Shown here piece after piece: positions 30,191 to 38,708 of a stretch of DNA of 64,000 nucleotides; positions within the stretch are counted from its first letter, which is position 1, and each line of letters opens with the position of its first letter. The notes beneath the pieces were generated by a model. That model had not been told where the DNA came from. It was given only the letters and a program-made list of their open reading frames with translations, and did not search any database. The DNA comes from Candidatus Parcubacteria bacterium (lineage in GTDB: Bacteria; Patescibacteriota; Minisyncoccia; Phycocordibacterales; JAKAEA01), in NCBI GenBank assembly GCA_963806325.1, contig CAWDXL010000021.1:18624-82623 (forward strand), in the 5' to 3' direction. The position numbers and the translations under genes were made by a program.

Positions 30191-31055
30191 TCAATACGCC
30201 AAAAAGGATGCATAAAAAAAGCCCGGGAATATTTTCCCGGGCCGGCTAAAGATAAAATATCCGCATGAAAATGTTATCCTGCTGCGAAAGCCCCTATCGT
30301 GCCGCCACTGTTTCCAGCAGCAGGAATATAGAGCGGAGCTTGAGTGCATGTAGGATGCAATCTTGCGCCGCACAGACCGGCTTGACAAGCTTCTCCCGAA
30401 TTTATTCACGAATAGTTCGACAGTGTGGGACTCGCAAAAAGCCGCATCTCGCATTTTGAGATAAGTGAGGAGTGCGGCGTGTGCGGTATCATTCAAAGAA
30501 ATTATCCTCGGTCTTGCGTTGATGCCCATGAGACGGAGAGTGCGTCCGTCCGCTTCGCTGTTGATCGCGCTTCGGGGAATCTCTATGAGCTCACTGATCT
30601 TTGCGCCGGTGGTATACATTATATGCATGATCGCCAGATCACGAGCGCCAGATAGGGTGGTTGCGTCGGGTATAGCGAGCACTTTTGCCATCTCTTCGGA
30701 CGTGATCGGTTTTACAGCCTGTCGCACACACTTGGGTGCGTACAGATGTATCGTCGGGTTAGCCGCTACCATCTTTTCGCCTGCCAGCCATTTGTACAGG
30801 GTCCTGAGGCTGGAACATTTTCTAGCAATCGTATTTGGGGAATATTGTTCATGCAGGCTGGAGGTATAGCGCCGTGGTCTGCTCGTTGGCCGACAGCATG
30901 AGTTGACACATGTTTGCACTGCAGTTTCCTTGCCTGAGATAAGCTTCATATTGCGCCACGTCGACACCGTAGCATGCGATCGTCTGATCGCTCATACGGC
31001 ACTCATGTCTGAGGTAGCTGAGAAACTGACCGACAAGCGTAAGCTGCGCTTCCAT
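30191..31055 (-). pseudogene. Decayed Xer-like tyrosine recombinase (multiple frame breaks, degenerate catalytic C-terminus)
   Basis: N-terminal piece 30849-31055 (LVGQFLSYLRHECRMSDQTIACYGVDVAQYEAYL). Middle piece with TIARKCSSLRTLYKWL, ARDLAIMHIMYTTGAKISELIEI. I could not recover the expected HxLRH...LLGH...Y box cleanly in any frame. Confidence 0.6.
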
Positions 31056-31292
31056 AAAAGGCTCCTTGCGGTAAAAGGTACGAAGTCATGTGTTCATCTG
31101 CGGAGATTTTTACCACTATCTTTTGCCTGAGTCAAATGATTGTTTATACGAATCGGACCTGTTTTTTTAGACAACAATTACAATATTTCGCGTCTACACT
31201 ATCTGTCGGTGATGCTGGTGCAAAATGTTGCATTGATGGGACGGTACAACTCTGATACTATGACTACGACAACAATGTAGGTTTTACCGCTT

Positions 31293-32124
31293 ATGAATCC
31301 AGACACAAACGCCACACCCGCTATTTCGGGGCTCCCCGGTCCTATTGTACTTTTGCGCGCTGCGCTCATTTTGTATGGTTCGCGGATACGAGTCGTACTC
31401 TCTATGACGTGTCTCGCATTTGTCGCAGTCTTGCTTGCAGGAGTAGTGCCGGCAGATCATGTGACGATTTCATTTTTTGCCGGTCTCCTGAGTCTTATCG
31501 TAGTCTACCTTACATCTGTCGGTCTTATTTATGCATGTGCGGATCCTGGCGCAAAAAATAAATCTTATATAATTTACTATCAGCAGGCATGGTTCTGCAT
31601 CGGTATGTATATATGGGTCTGGTTCCTTATTTTGTTTACGGTTGCAGGCGCTGCAATTTTTCTCGTTGTTCCTGCAGTCATCGCTTTTGTATATTTTTCT
31701 CTTGCCGGGTTTACTGTCGTCTTGGAAGGAAAGCAGGGCTTTGATGCACTTATCCAAAGTGCCCGATATGTGCGCCGGTCATGGTGGGCAGTGTTTGGCC
31801 GGATTTTTTTCCTCGGTTTTATGCTTGCACTCCTCGCTCTTTTTTTGAATACACTTTTTCTCGGTCAGAGCAGTTCATGGTGGGCGCAAACTGTAACACC
31901 AGGCAATCAGTATGCTGTGTGTGGTACCTATTTCTACCGCATACATATATCTTATGTATGCCGATCTCAAGCAGCGCGCTGCTCTTAATCCGGAAACGCC
32001 TGAGCCGCAGACGTGGGATTCGAAAAGAATATATCGGCTGGTGGTTATTCTTTCTGCATTGGGTTTTGCTGCGCTTTGCTTGCTTGCACTCAACGGTACA
32101 CTGAGCGCATTCTTTGCAAAATGA
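31293..32124 (+). CDS. Hypothetical polytopic membrane protein, with a frame break near 31900
   Basis: ORFs 31293-31988 and 31912-32124 are both hydrophobic and collinear. The second frame holds the plausible C-terminus ...YLMYADLKQRAALNPE. Confidence 0.5.
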
Positions 32125-32214
32125 CGCAAAATCGCATACGATAGCGAAGAGTACACATGCCACCTTAGCTGTTTTGACTGATATCACACAAAACATTTAA
32201 GATAGGGCATACGC

Positions 32215-32287
32215 GCCACCTTAGCTCAGTTGGTAGAGCACCACTTTCGTAAAGTGGGGGTCCGCAGTTCGATCCTGCGAGGTGGCT
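32215..32287 (+). tRNA. tRNA-Thr (CGU)
   Basis: Acceptor gccacct/aggtggc, D arm gctc-agttggta-gagc, anticodon arm ccact-ttcgtaa-agtgg, T arm cgcag-ttcgatc-ctgcg. Confidence 0.9.
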
Positions 32288-32290
32288 CAC

Positions 32291-33175
32291 ATGAACAAAG
32301 AGGAACTTGATAAGAAAATAGCGGAGCTCGAAGCCCGCATGGCCGCACCTGATTTTTGGGCAGACAAGGTGAAAGCGCAGGCTGTCATCAAAGAAATCCA
32401 AGATCTGAAAGCTGAAAAAGAATCGGGCGGCATGAGCGGAAAGTATGATCGCGGCGGAGCAATCCTCACTATCTTTTCCGGAGCTGGCGGTGATGATGCC
32501 GAGGATTTTTCCGGCATGCTTCTTTCGATGTATCGCAAATATATTGAAAAAAAAGGCTGGGGCATTGAGCTTATTCACGAGCATACAAATGATCATGGCG
32601 GCTATCGCAATGTGGCGATTGAAATCAGCGGCAAAAATGTCTACGGCACATTGAAAAATGAATCAGGTGTCCATCGGCTCGTGCGCATCTCGCCGTTCAA
32701 TTCAAAAGCTCAGCGCCACACATCGTTTTCTCTTGTTGAAGTCGTGCCAAGATTTGATAAAGCCGAAGATCTCCCCTTGAAGCCTGATGAAATACGCGTA
32801 GAGCTTTCAAAAGCCGGCGGTCCTGGCGGACAAAATGTAAATAAGCGCGAGACGGCGGTGCGGGTGGTACATATTCCGACAAATATTTCAGTGCACGTCA
32901 CATCCGAGCGGTCGCAGGCGCAGAATAAGGAAAAGGCGCTCCAGATGCTCCGCGGCAAACTCTACAAGCGGGCAGAAGAAGAGCGTGTTGCCGAAGAACA
33001 TGGCATGTCAATTTCAAAAACAGCGGATATCGAATGGGGAAGCCAGATCCGCTCATATGTCATTCATCCTTATAAAATGGTGAAGGATCACCGCACAAAT
33101 GTGGAGACAGGCAATGTCGATAAAGTACTCAATGGTGATATTCAGGAATTTATTGATGCGGAGAGGGAGATATAA
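32291..33175 (+). CDS. prfB: Peptide chain release factor 2, short form (~294 aa), with no programmed-frameshift site
   Basis: SPF tripeptide (RISPFNS), GGQ motif (GPGGQNVNK) and the conserved RHTSF, SQAQNKEKA, WGSQIRSY. ATG 32291 lies 4 nt after the tRNA-Thr end. The GTG at 32282 in the ORF track lies inside the tRNA. Confidence 0.9.
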   Translation: MNKEELDKKIAELEARMAAPDFWADKVKAQAVIKEIQDLKAEKESGGMSGKYDRGGAILTIFSGAGGDDAEDFSGMLLSMYRKYIEKKGWGIELIHEHTNDHGGYRNVAIEISGKNVYGTLKNESGVHRLVRISPFNSKAQRHTSFSLVEVVPRFDKAEDLPLKPDEIRVELSKAGGPGGQNVNKRETAVRVVHIPTNISVHVTSERSQAQNKEKALQMLRGKLYKRAEEERVAEEHGMSISKTADIEWGSQIRSYVIHPYKMVKDHRTNVETGNVDKVLNGDIQEFIDAEREI

Positions 33176-33221
33176 ACACAAATACCCTGCCTCGAATATG
33201 TAGAGTCTTTCTTTGTACAAT

Positions 33222-33270
33222 ACAACACCCCGCCTCGAAGACTCGGCACCCCTCTTTAACAAAAGAGGGG
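33222..33270 (-). repeat. Repeat copy C (inverted) of the hairpin-plus-GC-tail element flanking the DUF559 gene
   Basis: A 33-nt stretch, aacaccccgcctcgaagactcggcacccctctt, is identical to the reverse complement of copy B. It is followed by the hairpin cccctctt-taacaaa-agagggg. Confidence 0.8.
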
Positions 33271-33303
33271 ATGTACTTGCACTAAAGCTAGACATGTCAG
33301 CAG

Positions 33304-33354
33304 TTTTCCCCTCTTGAGTTCAAGAGGGGTGGCCGGAGGCCGGGGTGTTGTGTC
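33304..33354 (+). repeat. Repeat copy A of the DUF559-flanking element
   Basis: ttttcccctcttgagttcaagaggggtg...ggtgttgtgtc. The hairpin cccctcttgag/ctcaagagggg matches copy B except for one base. The internal GC segment differs. Confidence 0.8.
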
Positions 33355-33382
33355 TTTGGGTATAAGTCGGGGTGCTATATTC

Positions 33383-33733
33383 TTAAAGAGCTTGTTTGAT
33401 TTTCTGCAGCACTCCGTCTAAATTGGTATTAATTTCACTATTCCAAAATCGCAAAACTGTATTGCCAAGTTCCTCTAAAAAATCCGTACGCTCTTTATCA
33501 TATTCTTTTGCATTATCATGCTGTGAGCCGTCAATTTCGATAATCAATTTCTTCTCTGCACAATAAAAATCAGTTATATAAGGCCCGATACTATGCTGGC
33601 GTTGAAACTTATAGCCAAGACCTCTGCTTTTCAAATGTTTCCATAAAATTATTTCCTGAATCGTTAGATTATTTCTCAACTCTCTCCTCCTTTCCTCTAG
33701 TATTTTAGAGGTATGTATATATTTTTTATCCAT
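33383..33733 (-). CDS. DUF559 / Vsr-like endonuclease-domain protein
   Basis: 116 aa with E(I/L)LW..L......KF.RQ..IG.YI.DFYC....L(I)IE(I)DG..H...........D..L...G..VLRF.N.E(I), the characteristic DUF559 pattern. Confidence 0.85.
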   Translation of the reverse strand: MDKKYIHTSKILEERRRELRNNLTIQEIILWKHLKSRGLGYKFQRQHSIGPYITDFYCAEKKLIIEIDGSQHDNAKEYDKERTDFLEELGNTVLRFWNSEINTNLDGVLQKIKQAL

Positions 33734-33774
33734 GCCTAGGATTTTATAAAATACCAGATGAAAATAAGCTGAAT

Positions 33775-33830
33775 TTTTCCCCTCTTGAGCTCAAGAGGGG
33801 TGCCGAGTCTTCGAGGCGGGGTGTTATGTC
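33775..33830 (+). repeat. Repeat copy B of the DUF559-flanking element
   Basis: tttttcccctcttgagctcaagaggggtgccgagtcttcgaggcggggtgttatgtc. Confidence 0.8.
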
Positions 33831-33884
33831 TTGTTTAGCAGAGGTTGAACTATATTTTCTTTGCGATACAATGGAGAGGTCTAT

Positions 33885-34565
33885 ATGATTTACTTCGAAA
33901 ACGTCTCAAAGATTTATCCTGATGAATCGATAGCTCTTGATAACATAAGCCTTAGCATCGAGCCCAACGAATTTGTATCCGTTGTCGGGCATTCCGGAGC
34001 CGGCAAAACAACTCTGCTTAAGATGCTGCTCGCGGAAGAGAGTCCCACAGAAGGAAAAGTCTATTTTCAATCGACCGATATTCATCGCCTCCGCCGCAAC
34101 GAAATGAATAAGTTTCGCCGCCGTATCGGTACTATTTTCCAGGATTTTAGATTGCTGCCAAATAAAACGGCGTACGAAAACGTGTCATTTGCTATGGAAG
34201 TAGCTGGTCGGAGCGACGAAGAGATCGCTTCCGATGTGCCACATGTTCTTGAGCTCGTCGATCTCGGCAAAAAAATGTGGAGTTTCCCTCATCAGCTCTC
34301 CGGCGGAGAAAAACAGCGCGTGGCTATTGCGCGCGCAATTGTCAACAATCCCGATATTATTATTGCCGACGAGCCGACCGGAAATCTCGATCCGATCAAT
34401 ACTTACGAAATCATCCAGATTTTGAAGAAAATCAACGATCTCGGCACTACTATTATTCTCACGACTCACAACAAAGGGGTAATTGATAATTTAGGGGGAA
34501 GGGTAATCACCATTGAAAACGGCAAGGTCAGCCGCGACGATAAAAATGGCAGATATATTTTGTAA
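33885..34565 (+). CDS. ftsE: Cell-division ABC ATPase FtsE
   Basis: Walker [10 protein letters not shown], signature LSGGEKQR, Walker [13 protein letters not shown]. It is followed by ftsX. ATG 33885 ([11 protein letters not shown]) is preferred over the upstream alternative start. Confidence 0.9.
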   Translation: MIYFENVSKIYPDESIALDNISLSIEPNEFVSVVGHSGAGKTTLLKMLLAEESPTEGKVYFQSTDIHRLRRNEMNKFRRRIGTIFQDFRLLPNKTAYENVSFAMEVAGRSDEEIASDVPHVLELVDLGKKMWSFPHQLSGGEKQRVAIARAIVNNPDIIIADEPTGNLDPINTYEIIQILKKINDLGTTIILTTHNKGVIDNLGGRVITIENGKVSRDDKNGRYIL

Positions 34566-34572
34566 ATTAAGG

Positions 34573-34578
34573 TATACT
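34573..34578 (+). promoter_or_regulatory. -10 box (TATACT) 7 nt upstream of the ftsX ATG; possible leaderless start
   Basis: tatact at 34573-34578 and ATG at 34586. The ftsE-ftsX gap is only 20 nt and has no Shine-Dalgarno sequence. Confidence 0.3.
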
Positions 34579-34585
34579 AATTTCC

Positions 34586-35509
34586 ATGTGGACAAATTTC
34601 AAGCGAGTCGTTAAAGCCGGTTTCATCAATTTCTGGAGGAACGGCTTTGTGTCGCTGGCTTCGCTTCTCGTCATGACAATCACGCTTCTCGTGCTCGGCT
34701 CGATTATTTTTGTCGGAGTACTTTCAAATAATGCGCTTGAACAGATCAAAGACAAGGTGGATATCAATGTCTATTTTGTTACGGCCGCGCAGGAGAGCGA
34801 TATTCTTCTCATCAAAAACTCGCTTCAGACGCTGCCGGAAGTAGCAAGTGTCACCTACGAATCAAGCGATCAGGTGCTTGCCGATTTCAAAGAGCGCCAT
34901 GCTGACGACCAGTACACGCTTCAGGCACTCGATGAACTTTCGAGCAATCCTCTCGGCGCCATGCTCAACATTAAAGCTCAGGATCCTTCACAATACGGCG
35001 GCATTGTTGATTTTCTCCAGTCGAAGAGCGTGTCGGCGAGTGATGGTCTGCCGATTATCGACAAGATCAACTACAATCAAAATAAAATTGCTATTGATAA
35101 GCTGACGGCTATTATTAATGCGATGCACCGCATGGGGCTCGTGCTCATGATTATTCTTGTTTTGATTTCAGTTATTATCACGTTCAATACGATACGTCTT
35201 GCGATCTATGTCTCTCGCGATGAAATCGCCGTCATGCGCCTCGTGGGTGCGAGCTCAAAATTTGTGCGCGGGCCATTCGTCATTGTCGGCATTATGTACG
35301 GCATTGTTTCGAGTATTATTGCCGCACTCATCTTTCTTCCTGCTACCTACTATCTTGGAAAATATACCGCCAGCTTTTTCAATGATTTGAATATCTATTC
35401 CTACTATATCCATAATTTCGGACAAATCTTTCTCATGCTTCTCGGTGCCGGTGTAGTGGTGGGTGCAGTTTCGAGTTATTTAGCAGTCCAACGGTATTTA
35501 AAAGTTTGA
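34586..35509 (+). CDS. ftsX: Cell-division permease-like protein FtsX
   Basis: 307 aa with the topology TM1, a large extracytoplasmic domain, then 3 C-terminal TM helices. It is adjacent to ftsE. Confidence 0.85.
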   Translation: MWTNFKRVVKAGFINFWRNGFVSLASLLVMTITLLVLGSIIFVGVLSNNALEQIKDKVDINVYFVTAAQESDILLIKNSLQTLPEVASVTYESSDQVLADFKERHADDQYTLQALDELSSNPLGAMLNIKAQDPSQYGGIVDFLQSKSVSASDGLPIIDKINYNQNKIAIDKLTAIINAMHRMGLVLMIILVLISVIITFNTIRLAIYVSRDEIAVMRLVGASSKFVRGPFVIVGIMYGIVSSIIAALIFLPATYYLGKYTASFFNDLNIYSYYIHNFGQIFLMLLGAGVVVGAVSSYLAVQRYLKV

Positions 35510-35518
35510 TGTAAATAT

Positions 35519-37243
35519 ATGAACAAAGCGAAAAAACGAAGCTACATATTCGTGGTGGGAGGAGTAATGTCCGGAGTTGGCAAAGGAATCGCCTCCTCAT
35601 CAATAGGAACAATCATGAAAGCGCGGGGACTTAACGTCACCGCGCTAAAAATTGATCCGTATATAAATATTGATGCCGGCACGATGAATCCGACCGAGCA
35701 CGGCGAAGTGTATGTACTTGAAGACGGCGATGAGACTGATCAGGACATGGGCAATTATGAGCGTTTTTTCGATATTACGCTGTCGCGCGCCAATTATATG
35801 ACGACCGGCCGCGTCTATCTTGATGTTATCAAAAAAGAGCGCAATTTGGAGTATAAAGGCAAAAATGTGGAAGTGGTGCCTGATATCCCGCTCGAAGTGA
35901 TTCGCCGGATTGAAACCGCCACGGAAAAAGCTGATTCAGATGTGACGATTATTGAAATCGGCGGCACGATCGGCGAATATCAAAATATTATTTTCCTCGA
36001 AGCGGCCCGCATGATGAAGACGAAGTATCCGAAGTCAGTTGCGTTTGTTATGGTGAGCTATCTGCCGATTCCGTCAAAAATAGGGGAGATGAAAACCAAG
36101 CCGACGCAGTATGCCGCGCGAAGCTTAAACAGTGTCGGTATTCAGACCGATATCATCATTGCCCGCAGCCAGGTGCCCGTCGACAAGAAGCGCAAAGAAA
36201 AAATCGCGCTCTTTTGCAACGTTCCTGCCGAGCACGTCATTTCTGCGCCTGATGCCGATTCTATTTACGACGTGCCGGTCAATTTTGAACGCGACAATCT
36301 CGGCAATATTCTCTGCGATATTCTCGGCATCCACAATGGCCATACAAATTTGCGGCCATGGAAAGCGTTTGTCTCAAAAACAAAAAATCCAAAAGGCGAC
36401 GTCAATATTGCCGTTGTCGGAAAATACTTCGACTCCGGCGATTTTGTTCTTTCTGATGTGTATATATCAGTGCTTGAAGCCATAAAAATTTCCGCCTACA
36501 GCCTCGGCCTCAAGCCGCACATTTCCTATGTAAACTCAAAAGATTTTGAAGGGCCGAAAGGCAAGAAATCCGTCACCATGCTTTCAAATTATGACGGCGT
36601 GCTGGTGCCTGGCGGCTTCGGCTCGACCGGTATCGAAGGAAAAATAAATGCTATTCAATACTGCCGTGAACACAAAATTCCGTACTTCGGCCTCTGCTAC
36701 GGCATGCAGCTCATGGTCATTGAATATGCCCGCAACGTCGCCAAGCTTAAAGGTGCTCACACCACGGAGGTAAATCCGACGACCGCCTTTCCCGTTATCG
36801 ACATCATGGAGCATCAGAAGAAAAATATTGAGTCAGGCATGTACGGAGGCACGATGCGCCTCGGCGCCTATCCGGCCTTTCTTCAGAAAAATACCATCGC
36901 CCGCGCGGCATACAATAAAGAAATGGTTTCCGAGCGCCATCGACATCGCTATGAAGTCAATCCAAAATACATCGCTCCGCTCGCCGACGCCGGCCTCGTC
37001 TTTTCCGGTACATCACCCGACGGCAAGCTCATGGAAATCGCCGAATTGCCGCAAAACAAGCATCCGTTTTTCCTTGGTACGCAGTTTCATCCGGAATTTA
37101 CTGCCCGCCCATTGCACCCTCAGCCATTGTTTACGGCATTCATAAAAGCCGCGGCGAGAAATATAAAACTAAGCGACAAAAAACCAGAGCCGGCAGAAAT
37201 AAAAACTACGCTGGCGGTGCCGGAAGAGGTGGGGAGGGAGTAG
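35519..37243 (+). CDS. pyrG: CTP synthase
   Basis: N-terminus YIFVVGGVMSGVGKGI, the glutamine amidotransferase domain with GLCYGMQ, and HRHRYEVN. 574 aa with a short Lys/Glu-rich C-terminal tail. Confidence 0.95.
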   Translation: MNKAKKRSYIFVVGGVMSGVGKGIASSSIGTIMKARGLNVTALKIDPYINIDAGTMNPTEHGEVYVLEDGDETDQDMGNYERFFDITLSRANYMTTGRVYLDVIKKERNLEYKGKNVEVVPDIPLEVIRRIETATEKADSDVTIIEIGGTIGEYQNIIFLEAARMMKTKYPKSVAFVMVSYLPIPSKIGEMKTKPTQYAARSLNSVGIQTDIIIARSQVPVDKKRKEKIALFCNVPAEHVISAPDADSIYDVPVNFERDNLGNILCDILGIHNGHTNLRPWKAFVSKTKNPKGDVNIAVVGKYFDSGDFVLSDVYISVLEAIKISAYSLGLKPHISYVNSKDFEGPKGKKSVTMLSNYDGVLVPGGFGSTGIEGKINAIQYCREHKIPYFGLCYGMQLMVIEYARNVAKLKGAHTTEVNPTTAFPVIDIMEHQKKNIESGMYGGTMRLGAYPAFLQKNTIARAAYNKEMVSERHRHRYEVNPKYIAPLADAGLVFSGTSPDGKLMEIAELPQNKHPFFLGTQFHPEFTARPLHPQPLFTAFIKAAARNIKLSDKKPEPAEIKTTLAVPEEVGRE

Positions 37244-37262
37244 GAAAAAATTACATCGCTGC

Positions 37263-37790
37263 ATGAAAGAAACTGAAAATAACTTTGCTTATATCGATGG
37301 AGCCAACCTTTATGCTGGAATGGAAGCTTTGGGTTGGAAACTGGACTATAAGCGATTTCGTGTATGGTTGAGCGATAAATACGGTATCAAAAAGGCATAC
37401 CTATTTCTAGGCATGATGCCTAAATTCAAAGATCTATACACCAACTTGCAAGAACAAGGGTACACCTTGGTTTTCAAAGAAGTGATCTACCAGAATGGTA
37501 AACCTAAAGGGAATTGCGATGCGGATCTTGTTGTTAAGGCTATGGAAGATACCTATGAAAATTCTCTGGATAGAGCAATCTTCGTGACCAGTGATGGCGA
37601 TTATAGTAGTCTTGTTAAATTTCTACAATCAAAACAAAAGTTTGATACCCTCCTATCTCCGGCAACAGTGGAAAAATGCTCTATTTTGTTAAAACGTACC
37701 AATGCGCCAATTGTGTATATAAACGATAAACGTTCAACTCTTGAATATACTCATGTAGCCAAAAAAGAAAAAGCCCCCGATGCCGACTAG
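37263..37790 (+). CDS. NYN-domain (LabA/DUF88-like) protein
   Basis: N-terminus AYIDGANLY, then ...DADLVV.AMED......D.AIFVTSDGDYSSLV, typical of the NYN/LabA nuclease fold. Confidence 0.7.
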   Translation: MKETENNFAYIDGANLYAGMEALGWKLDYKRFRVWLSDKYGIKKAYLFLGMMPKFKDLYTNLQEQGYTLVFKEVIYQNGKPKGNCDADLVVKAMEDTYENSLDRAIFVTSDGDYSSLVKFLQSKQKFDTLLSPATVEKCSILLKRTNAPIVYINDKRSTLEYTHVAKKEKAPDAD

Positions 37791-37929
37791 CAGCATAAGG
37801 GTCTTTCTCGTGGTGATACGCATATAGTGACGCATAACTCGTAAAAAAGCAACATATTCATGTTGATAATCATAAAAAATGGCCTTAAATAAGGCATTTT
37901 TAAAATATACTCCAATCGTACTAGAGTTG

Positions 37930-38078
37930 TGTGCAGGAGTTTGGTGAATATTTATAGAAATAGATTGTCATCCCCGTGAAAACGGGGATCTAGGCTCCAT
38001 ACGACCTAGATTCCCGCCTGCGCGGGAATGACATCTTATATGCATTTCTCAATTACTCACCAGACTCTGTGCAGGAGT
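37930..38078. repeat. MITE/REP-like unit: a 68-nt nested-palindrome core (37966-38033) flanked by an 11-nt direct repeat, tgtgcaggagt
   Basis: The core is tgtcat-[ccccg tgaaaa cgggg]-atctagg-ctccatacga-cctagat-[tcccgc ctgc gcggga]-atgaca. The direct repeats lie at 37930-37940 and 38068-38078. Imperfect inverted ttggtgaata / attactcaccag sequences sit inside the direct repeats. Confidence 0.6.
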
Positions 38079-38148
38079 AGTTGACTATATATAAAACATG
38101 TGTTAGTTTAAAATAAGAGTAGTTTTCACCCCAACCAAGGAGTTGCAG

Positions 38149-38553
38149 ATGCCAACCATCGTCGTAGTCGAGAAGCCGATTCCGGCCGAATATCTTCGGC
38201 CGGACGGCGGATTCACGTTCAATGCCCATTCGAACGTTCAGGATGAGTATGATTTTTGCGGAATTCTCTCGGACAGGATTCTGGCCGTTGAAAAGATGGG
38301 AGCAATCAAGCATCTTTTCAACTTTCTCTCCAGCTTTCCCGTCGAAGGTGAGATGAGAATTGAAGTCGTTGTCCCTAACAGGACAATACAGATTGCCGGC
38401 AGCCTCAGAGTCTGGGGACCGAAAGCCTACCACGAGTTCAAACAGGTCTCGTCGGCTATTGAAGGGCTTCTCGAGGAACTTGCCGGAAGCATTCTCGAGA
38501 CTCTTACGTTCACCCTCGAGTTCGGCCAGTCTGTGACGTTTGAGAATGCATAG
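38149..38553 (+). CDS. Hypothetical protein (small GC-rich islet next to tRNA-Gln)
   Basis: aaggag lies 6 nt upstream of ATG 38149 and the amino-acid composition is balanced. The fully overlapping antisense ORF 38053-38574 is judged spurious. Confidence 0.5.
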   Translation: MPTIVVVEKPIPAEYLRPDGGFTFNAHSNVQDEYDFCGILSDRILAVEKMGAIKHLFNFLSSFPVEGEMRIEVVVPNRTIQIAGSLRVWGPKAYHEFKQVSSAIEGLLEELAGSILETLTFTLEFGQSVTFENA

Positions 38554-38637
38554 CCTTGGCTGTGCTGAACACAAGCCTCGGATACCACTACGGCGCCCTT
38601 GTAAAAAAGGTAATTTTACGGTATTTTAGGGAGACAT

Positions 38638-38708
38638 TGCGGGATCGTCTAATGGTAGGACATTTGCCTCTGGAGCAAAGTATCTTGGTTCGAGTCCAAG
38701 TCCCGCAG
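38638..38708 (+). tRNA. tRNA-Gln (CUG)
   Basis: Acceptor tgcggga/tcccgca (U1-A72, as in bacterial tRNA-Gln), D arm gtct-aatggta-ggac, anticodon arm tttgc-ctctgga-gcaaa, T arm cttgg-ttcgagt-ccaag. Confidence 0.88.

Noticed and set aside
22289-32596. ORFs that read through tRNA genes (22289-22477, 23048-23293, 28786-29007, 32165-32596, and the 5' extension of 24307-25080)
   Set aside because: Their conserved-looking stretches (for example GIEPLTSS, GLEPTTSH) are simply antisense translations of tRNA T-arm and acceptor sequences.
32282-33175. Programmed +1 frameshifting in prfB, and programmed slippage as an explanation for the other frame breaks
   Set aside because: prfB has no upstream frame or CUU UGA window, because a tRNA occupies that space. 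The other breaks hit unrelated genes at plain A/T runs with no conserved slippery or stimulatory context, so sequencing indels are the simpler explanation.
38053-38574. A 173-aa minus-strand ORF fully overlapping the plus-strand ORF 38149-38553
   Set aside because: The plus-strand ORF has an AAGGAG site 6 nt upstream of its ATG and a more protein-like composition. The minus-strand ORF is treated as its antisense shadow.
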